Positions 58,670 through 64,000 of a stretch of 64,000 nucleotides of DNA are shown here, in pieces (the stretch's first letter is position 1; each line of letters begins with the position of its first letter). The notes beneath the pieces were generated by a model, which did no database searches, was not told where the DNA came from, and saw only the letters and a program-made list of their open reading frames with translations. The position numbers and the translations under genes were made by a program. Source of the stretch: a virus; IMG/VR virus record IMGVR_UViG_3300017963_000029, positions 18,688 to 82,687 of that record; one strand, 5' to 3'.

Positions 58670-61600
58670 ATGCTCATCGCAGAACACGACGACGGGACGG
58701 AAACCCGTGAAGCCACCATCTCCTCCATACGCTGGGAGAAAGCGGGTCGAGCGTGGAAGCTGTTGGCCATGTCCAACGGCGAAACCTGGAAAGGGCAGGT
58801 AGGAGACGTGCTCCCCGGTACCCTGCTCCGCGCCCGCGGCAAGGAGGTCACCAACGAGTATGGCACGGCCTTCGAGGTGCAGGAGGTAAAGAAGTCAGTG
58901 GTGGACACCGCCAGCGGGCTGGCCGCATGGTTGGCCTACCGCCTTCCCCAGGTGGGAGCGGAACGGGCTGAGAGGCTCGTAGACCTCTTCGGGGACGATC
59001 TCCTGAACACCATCGAGAACAACCCCCAACAGCTGACCCGGGTGAGCGGCATCACCCCGGAGCGGGCCCAGCAGATCTCGAAAATCTACCTCAACTACAA
59101 ACTCGAGCAGCAGCTCGTCACCCGGCTGGTCGACGCCGGCCTGAAGATGGGGCTGGCCATGAAGGCCTACAAGGAGTACGGCGAGCACCTGCAAGACGTT
59201 CTGAAGGCCGACCCCTACACCTTGATGTACGTCGAGGGCATCACCTTCGCCAATCTGGACCCGGTGTGCCTGAACCTCGGCATCAACGAGAAGGACCACC
59301 GCCGGGTCCGGGCCTACGCCGTGTTTCTGCTGCTCAAAGAACTGAACGAGGGCCACTGCTACCTGCCGCGCCTGGAGTTGCTGGGCCACATCTCCAAGTG
59401 GGGCTTCTCCTACCAGGAGGCCGCAGACATCCTCGCATCCTCCGACCGCCTGGTCCTGCGCGAGAACGAGATCTTGCTGTCCGAGATCGATCTGGCCGAA
59501 GTTATCGTTACCCGACGCGTTATTTATATGCTCGAGCGCCCTAATCTCGTCCTCAAGCGCGAACCCGAGATCCCCGACTGGTACGACCCGGAGCAGAAAG
59601 CGGCCATTCTAGGCCTGATGACAGCTCCCATCAGCATCATGACCGGAGGCCCAGGTACGGGAAAGACAACATGCTTGCTGGCCGCCATGGACGCCATGGA
59701 AGCCCGCGGCGAGCTCATCAAGTGCGCCGCCCCCACCGGGAAGGCAGCGAAGCGGATGACGGAGGTGTGTGGGCGCGAGGCTACCACCATCCACCGGCTG
59801 CTGGGCTGGAAGCCCGACGGCTGGGAGCACACCTCCACCAACCCGCTCGAGGCTAACGTTGTGGTGATCGACGAGGCTTCCATGGTCGACATCCAGCTGG
59901 CGGCATCTCTGTTGGACGCTATCGGCAACGCCCGCCTCATCATCGTCGGTGACAGCGACCAGCTGCCTCCGGTGGGACCGGGACAACCTCTTTTCGATCT
60001 ACTCGAATCCGCAACCATCCCCACCTTCCGGTTGATGACGGTCCACCGCCAGGCCGGCGACTCCTGGGTCTGCGACAACGCCTACAAGATCATCGAAGGC
60101 GAGAAACCGGATCTGCGCGAGACCCCGGACTTCGAGTTTGGGCAGTTCGAGGAGAGCGAGGCCATCGTGCAGGTGGCCATTCATCTGTCCAAGAAGTTCC
60201 CCGACATCCAGATCCTGACCCCCGAGCACAAGAAGGGTGCCGGGACGGTGAACCTGAACCTCGCCATCCAGGCTGCGCTCAACCCCCACGACGAATTGGA
60301 CGATCACATATCGGCCAACAACTATCGCATCTTCGAGGGCGACAAGGTGTTGTACACCAAGAACAACAAGGACAACGGGCTCGTGAACGGAGACATCGGC
60401 TACGTCCGACAAGTCAACGTCAGGGGTGTCGACACCCTGGCGTATGTCGAGTTCGACGGCCTTTACGACGAGAACCACCCCTTCGGGTGGTTTCTGTTGA
60501 AAGGCCGCGCGGACCTGGAGCCCCTGACGTTGGCCTACGCCATGACGGTCCACAAATGTGTGACTTCTGACACTCTGGTTGGACTACAACGACACGGTGT
60601 AGTGACCATGGAAGAACTGGTCCATGAAAACTATACCGATAAAATACAAACTACCAAAGGTTTTCTTCCTTTTGAAAATGCTTTTCTTTCCGCCGAAAAA
60701 CGCCCTTGCATAAAGATAACAACAAAAGATGGTTACGAACTAACCGTTACTCCTGATCATAAGATGAAGGTGTGGGGAGGATATGGTTACACACTAAGAA
60801 AAACCGAAGATCTAAAAATAGGCCAATTCTTACGTCTGGCCCTTCACTGGGACAGCGGTCAAGTTCAAGAACTACCTCCTCTTCCTGCTGGAGACATTCG
60901 TTCAAAACGCCATCGAGTGCCTCGTTATCTTTTATCAGAAGCCGCCGAATTCTTCGGATTGATGGTAGCCGATGGGACACTGTACGCAAAAGGTTTTCGG
61001 TTAGCCAAACGTCATAAAGACGTCGTAGATAGATTCTGCAAACTATGTTCAAAACTCTTCCACAAAAAACCAAAACGCTGGTTCGAAAACGGAGCTTATT
61101 TTGCTGAAGTAAACTCCGTTCGCCTTGCCGACTGGCTTCGACTTATCGGAGGAATGAACCCTAACAAAAAAGAAATTCCTCAAGCTATTTTGAAATCCGC
61201 AAAAATGGAACAAGCGGATTTTCTTCGTGGTCTATTTGAAGACGGTACAGTAAATGCGGATGAAAAATGGCGGACCCTAGATCACATTGAATGGTCCACC
61301 AAATATGAAAAAATAACTCACCAAGTTCAAATACTTCTTTTGCGTTTTGGTATTATCTCTTCGCGCACTTGCCGAGATGGCCAATGGATCATCTACATCT
61401 ACGGTAAAAACGCCCAACGTTTTTTTAATCCTTATCAAAATACGCGAATAGGTTTTATAAATAAAACCAAAAACAGACGCCTTCAATACACCGCGGGGCG
61501 TGAACAAAACTACCTCATTCCCGTAGATCCATCTTCTTTCCATTGTGACACCTATACCGGTCAAAATGCCCGACAAAGAGGTTATATATCCAGAGCTACA

Positions 61601-61954
61601 GCTGAAGAACTAGGTAACTTTCAAGAGCAACTTAAATTTCATCACGACCGTATCGTCAAACTAGAAACTACCTACGATTACGTTGGGTGTGTTACCGTTC
61701 CTGAACATGGTCGTTTTCTTCAAAACGGATTCGACGGAGGAAACAGTCAAGGCTCGGAGTGGCCCTTCGTCCTCATCATCGCGGACAAGGTTCACTGGTC
61801 TCTTCGCCGGCAACTGCTTTATACTGCTGTTACACGCACGCACGACCGACTGGCCATCGTGGGGTCGGTCGAAGCAATCGAACGCGCCGTGAAACGTCCT
61901 CGCGACACCAACCGCCGCACCCTACTTCGACAGCGACTTACCGGAGGAGCATGA
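58670..61954 (+). CDS. recD2: RecD2-like SF1B helicase containing an intein
   Basis: HhH repeats, GGPGTGKTT, APTGKAAKR, DEASM, VGDSDQL, YAMTVHK|SQGSE, LYTAVTR. Confidence 0.92.
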   Translation: MLIAEHDDGTETREATISSIRWEKAGRAWKLLAMSNGETWKGQVGDVLPGTLLRARGKEVTNEYGTAFEVQEVKKSVVDTASGLAAWLAYRLPQVGAERAERLVDLFGDDLLNTIENNPQQLTRVSGITPERAQQISKIYLNYKLEQQLVTRLVDAGLKMGLAMKAYKEYGEHLQDVLKADPYTLMYVEGITFANLDPVCLNLGINEKDHRRVRAYAVFLLLKELNEGHCYLPRLELLGHISKWGFSYQEAADILASSDRLVLRENEILLSEIDLAEVIVTRRVIYMLERPNLVLKREPEIPDWYDPEQKAAILGLMTAPISIMTGGPGTGKTTCLLAAMDAMEARGELIKCAAPTGKAAKRMTEVCGREATTIHRLLGWKPDGWEHTSTNPLEANVVVIDEASMVDIQLAASLLDAIGNARLIIVGDSDQLPPVGPGQPLFDLLESATIPTFRLMTVHRQAGDSWVCDNAYKIIEGEKPDLRETPDFEFGQFEESEAIVQVAIHLSKKFPDIQILTPEHKKGAGTVNLNLAIQAALNPHDELDDHISANNYRIFEGDKVLYTKNNKDNGLVNGDIGYVRQVNVRGVDTLAYVEFDGLYDENHPFGWFLLKGRADLEPLTLAYAMTVHKCVTSDTLVGLQRHGVVTMEELVHENYTDKIQTTKGFLPFENAFLSAEKRPCIKITTKDGYELTVTPDHKMKVWGGYGYTLRKTEDLKIGQFLRLALHWDSGQVQELPPLPAGDIRSKRHRVPRYLLSEAAEFFGLMVADGTLYAKGFRLAKRHKDVVDRFCKLCSKLFHKKPKRWFENGAYFAEVNSVRLADWLRLIGGMNPNKKEIPQAILKSAKMEQADFLRGLFEDGTVNADEKWRTLDHIEWSTKYEKITHQVQILLLRFGIISSRTCRDGQWIIYIYGKNAQRFFNPYQNTRIGFINKTKNRRLQYTAGREQNYLIPVDPSSFHCDTYTGQNARQRGYISRATAEELGNFQEQLKFHHDRIVKLETTYDYVGCVTVPEHGRFLQNGFDGGNSQGSEWPFVLIIADKVHWSLRRQLLYTAVTRTHDRLAIVGSVEAIERAVKRPRDTNRRTLLRQRLTGGA
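60557..61744 (+). mobile_element. intein with LAGLIDADG homing endonuclease (396 aa)
   Basis: Starts CVTSDT; TPDHK; FFGLMVADG and FLRGLFEDG; ends GGN before Ser; AT-rich. Confidence 0.93.
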
Positions 61955-62941
61955 TGTACGACATTAAAGATATAGATATTAAAGAGTTCGCCAGATTGTG
62001 TAGAAAATTTGCGGACCTTATAGAAAAAGAAGACGCAGTCGCTGCCGACGCGCTGAGTTCATATCCTCTCAGGATCTTGGCAGACGGAGTCACGGAAATT
62101 AGCGATGCTCTTTGTGTAGAAGGAGCCAGAAAGTTTGAGGTGGACGTTTACACTTTTGTCGAGAGCCTAAAGGAGATGAAATGAACGAACTGTACGACAC
62201 GAAGTTCCACCCCGTCGAGGAAGCCATCCAGTCCGTGAAGGACATGCGCGAGAAAGGTCACCACATCGACGAAACCAGCGGAGACTGTATGCCGGATTGC
62301 TCTTTGTGCCTGCCGCACAACATCTCCCCCGGCCAGGAGTACGGAGACGTCGTCGAGATGCTCAAGCAGGAGATCTCCAAAGCACATTCCAAGAACTCAA
62401 CGATCGAGGTGATGTCTTCCATCAACCGCACGCGACTGCAAGCACTGGCCAAGCACCCGATGACCCATGTCACCCGAGCCAAAAACGATCCCCCGGTCAT
62501 CGTCAAGGTGACCGTGACCATAGAGCACGAAGGCCGTTCCGCCACCGCTTCCGTCTACGGACTGCGCCCCATCCAAGGCAAGGAAGAGGCTTACACCAAA
62601 GGCTTCGAGCAGAACTGGACCGAGAGAACCAGCGAGGGCATCAACCCCAACACCAAACCTAAGGTCAAGCCGTGAGCCCTCCTCCCGCTACCGTCATAAA
62701 TCTCAACGGCGTTGGGTCCATTATCGTCGACTTCGACAACGACACGTTGACTCCTCGCGACCGAAACACAACGTGTCGTCTCTTCAACTTCATCCGGTTC
62801 TATCCGAACAAAGCCGCACGCTGCCTGCAACAAGTAGAAGACGTTGCCTCCGAGTACAAACCCGCTGATTACTGGAACTGGCGATTGCAGATGCCCTCTG
62901 ATTACAAGCCGTACAAGGGCCACATATGTTAGTATTTGGGG

Positions 62942-63388
62942 ATGGCCAACAACCGGAAATGGTTGCAGAAACTCCTTGCGCTCTGGCCCATCCTGGTCAC
63001 CCTGGTCTCCAGCTCCGCGGCCACCTACGCCTGGGTCTCCTCGCAAGTTAACACCCGCATCCGTTCCGCCGTTCAAGCCCACGACCGTGAGCTTCTGGAC
63101 GCCTCCCACCCGGCCATTCAGACCCGGTTGGAGGCGCTGGAAGGGTACTGGAAAGCCCATACCACCGAGACCAACCGAATCCACGGGCGCGTCAACAAGG
63201 CCGAGAAGGAACTGTACGAGCTGTACTGGTTTCTGGTAGGAGACAAGGCCGCAGCAGCCGAACACAACCCGGACCACCGAGCCCAGGCTGCCCGCCAGGC
63301 GCGAGAGAGGTTCCGGATCTACGTCCGCGACGGCGAGGGGCTCAAGGACGCCTACCGGCACGCTCTGGAAAGCTCGATTCCACGATGA
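62942..63388 (+). CDS. membrane protein with N-terminal TM
   Basis: LLALWPILVTLVSSSAATYAWV. Confidence 0.55.
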   Translation: MANNRKWLQKLLALWPILVTLVSSSAATYAWVSSQVNTRIRSAVQAHDRELLDASHPAIQTRLEALEGYWKAHTTETNRIHGRVNKAEKELYELYWFLVGDKAAAAEHNPDHRAQAARQARERFRIYVRDGEGLKDAYRHALESSIPR

Positions 63389-63400
63389 TATGCTCGGGAC

Positions 63401-63613
63401 ATGAAGCGAACGTTGATAAGAAGACCTTTCATATTGAGAGGTGGACGATCCGCAGGGATGGCCATCGAGCAGTTTGACCGAGAGCAGCTAGCTATCGGAC
63501 TACAACACGAACTCGAGCACACGAGAGATCGAAACGTGGCTTTGATTATTGCCGCTGACCACCTCGCAGAAGATCCGGACTACTACGTCAAGCTCGAGAA
63601 GGCCGGCCTGTGA
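63401..63613 (+). CDS. DUF5661-like protein
   Basis: QLAIGLQHELEHT...IAADHLAEDPDYY.KL. Confidence 0.7.
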   Translation: MKRTLIRRPFILRGGRSAGMAIEQFDREQLAIGLQHELEHTRDRNVALIIAADHLAEDPDYYVKLEKAGL

Positions 63614-63819
63614 AACCTCTCACCATCAACGAGACCACCAAAGCACAAGGCGTCAGGCTGGCCGACGTCTACCTCATCGGCCCCCTGATGATCTGGGGCG
63701 GAGCTCGTGCAATCCCAACCAACCCTCTCCCTGGTCTTCTACTTACCCTCTTCGGTATGGGAACCATCGTTTATAACGGCGTCAACTACCGCCGAGTGAA
63801 ACAAAGGATGGAAACATGA
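63610..63819 (+). CDS. small two-TM membrane protein
   Basis: VRLADVYLIGPLMIWG ... GTIVYNG.NY. Confidence 0.6.
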   Translation: MKPLTINETTKAQGVRLADVYLIGPLMIWGGARAIPTNPLPGLLLTLFGMGTIVYNGVNYRRVKQRMET

Positions 63820-64000
63820 TCTGGCCCATCATCGCGCTCATCGGCGGCATCGGGCTCTTCGGTGCCACACGAAAAAAGAAAGCCGCCGGCTCCATCTTCC
63901 CTACCATCTCCTTCGGGCAACCTCCCTCCCACATCCTCTCCGCGCTCAAAAACGCCGCCGCGCGTTACGGCGTTCCCCTCGGTATCATGAAAGGGGTGGC
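63816..64000 (+). CDS. N-terminally anchored lytic transglycosylase (partial)
   Basis: MIWPIIALIGGIGLF-RKKK, then AAARYGVPLGIMKGVA, the usual lead-in to the SLT catalytic Glu (outside window). Confidence 0.5.
   Translation, partial: MIWPIIALIGGIGLFGATRKKKAAGSIFPTISFGQPPSHILSALKNAAARYGVPLGIMKGV

Noticed and set aside
1-64000. Stop-codon reassignment
   Set aside because: TAA, TAG and TGA all end genes with tight coupling, and conserved enzymes are full length in the standard code
1-64000. Retron, DGR or group II intron
   Set aside because: No reverse-transcriptase motifs and no template/variable repeat pair seen

Overview
Gene-dense, GC-rich 64-kb segment of a large dsDNA bacteriophage. The host is probably a myxobacterium (Myxococcota), inferred from a DAG-repeat lipoprotein, a Cys-rich sigma-70 region-4 protein and an ANDN...LAA tmRNA tag. 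No host housekeeping genes, integrase, terminase, portal or recognisable tail tube/sheath genes are visible. Layout: 1-10.1 kb (+) virion/fibre genes, a glycoside hydrolase and small cargo enzymes (NUDIX, CX5R phosphatase, RadC/JAB). 11.1-11.5 kb: palindromic iteron array (probable origin) next to a P4/D5-type primase-helicase (-). 14.3-42.3 kb (mainly +): replication, modification and nucleotide metabolism (PD-(D/E)XK nuclease, SF2 helicase, SSB, PolA, dual-frame C5 methyltransferase, HNH, radical SAM, N6 methyltransferase with HTH, CHAP endolysin, HD hydrolase, dCMP deaminase). 42.3-56 kb (-): M23 peptidase, beta-rich virion-like paralogues, protamine-like peptides, Gp88-like protein, kinase and a complete tmRNA. 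56.1-64 kb (+): early-type genes and RecD2 with an intein. Most notable: (1) a promoter-proximal ~100-nt hairpin whose loop is antisense to the GGAGAAAGACATG start signal shared by several phage genes; (2) a C5 methyltransferase with motif IX and six WPTP modules in an overlapping frame; (3) a four-domain protein punctuated by DGL motifs, suggesting polyprotein processing; (4) a 16-bp palindromic operator at five promoter regions. All calls come from motif reading; no database searches were run.
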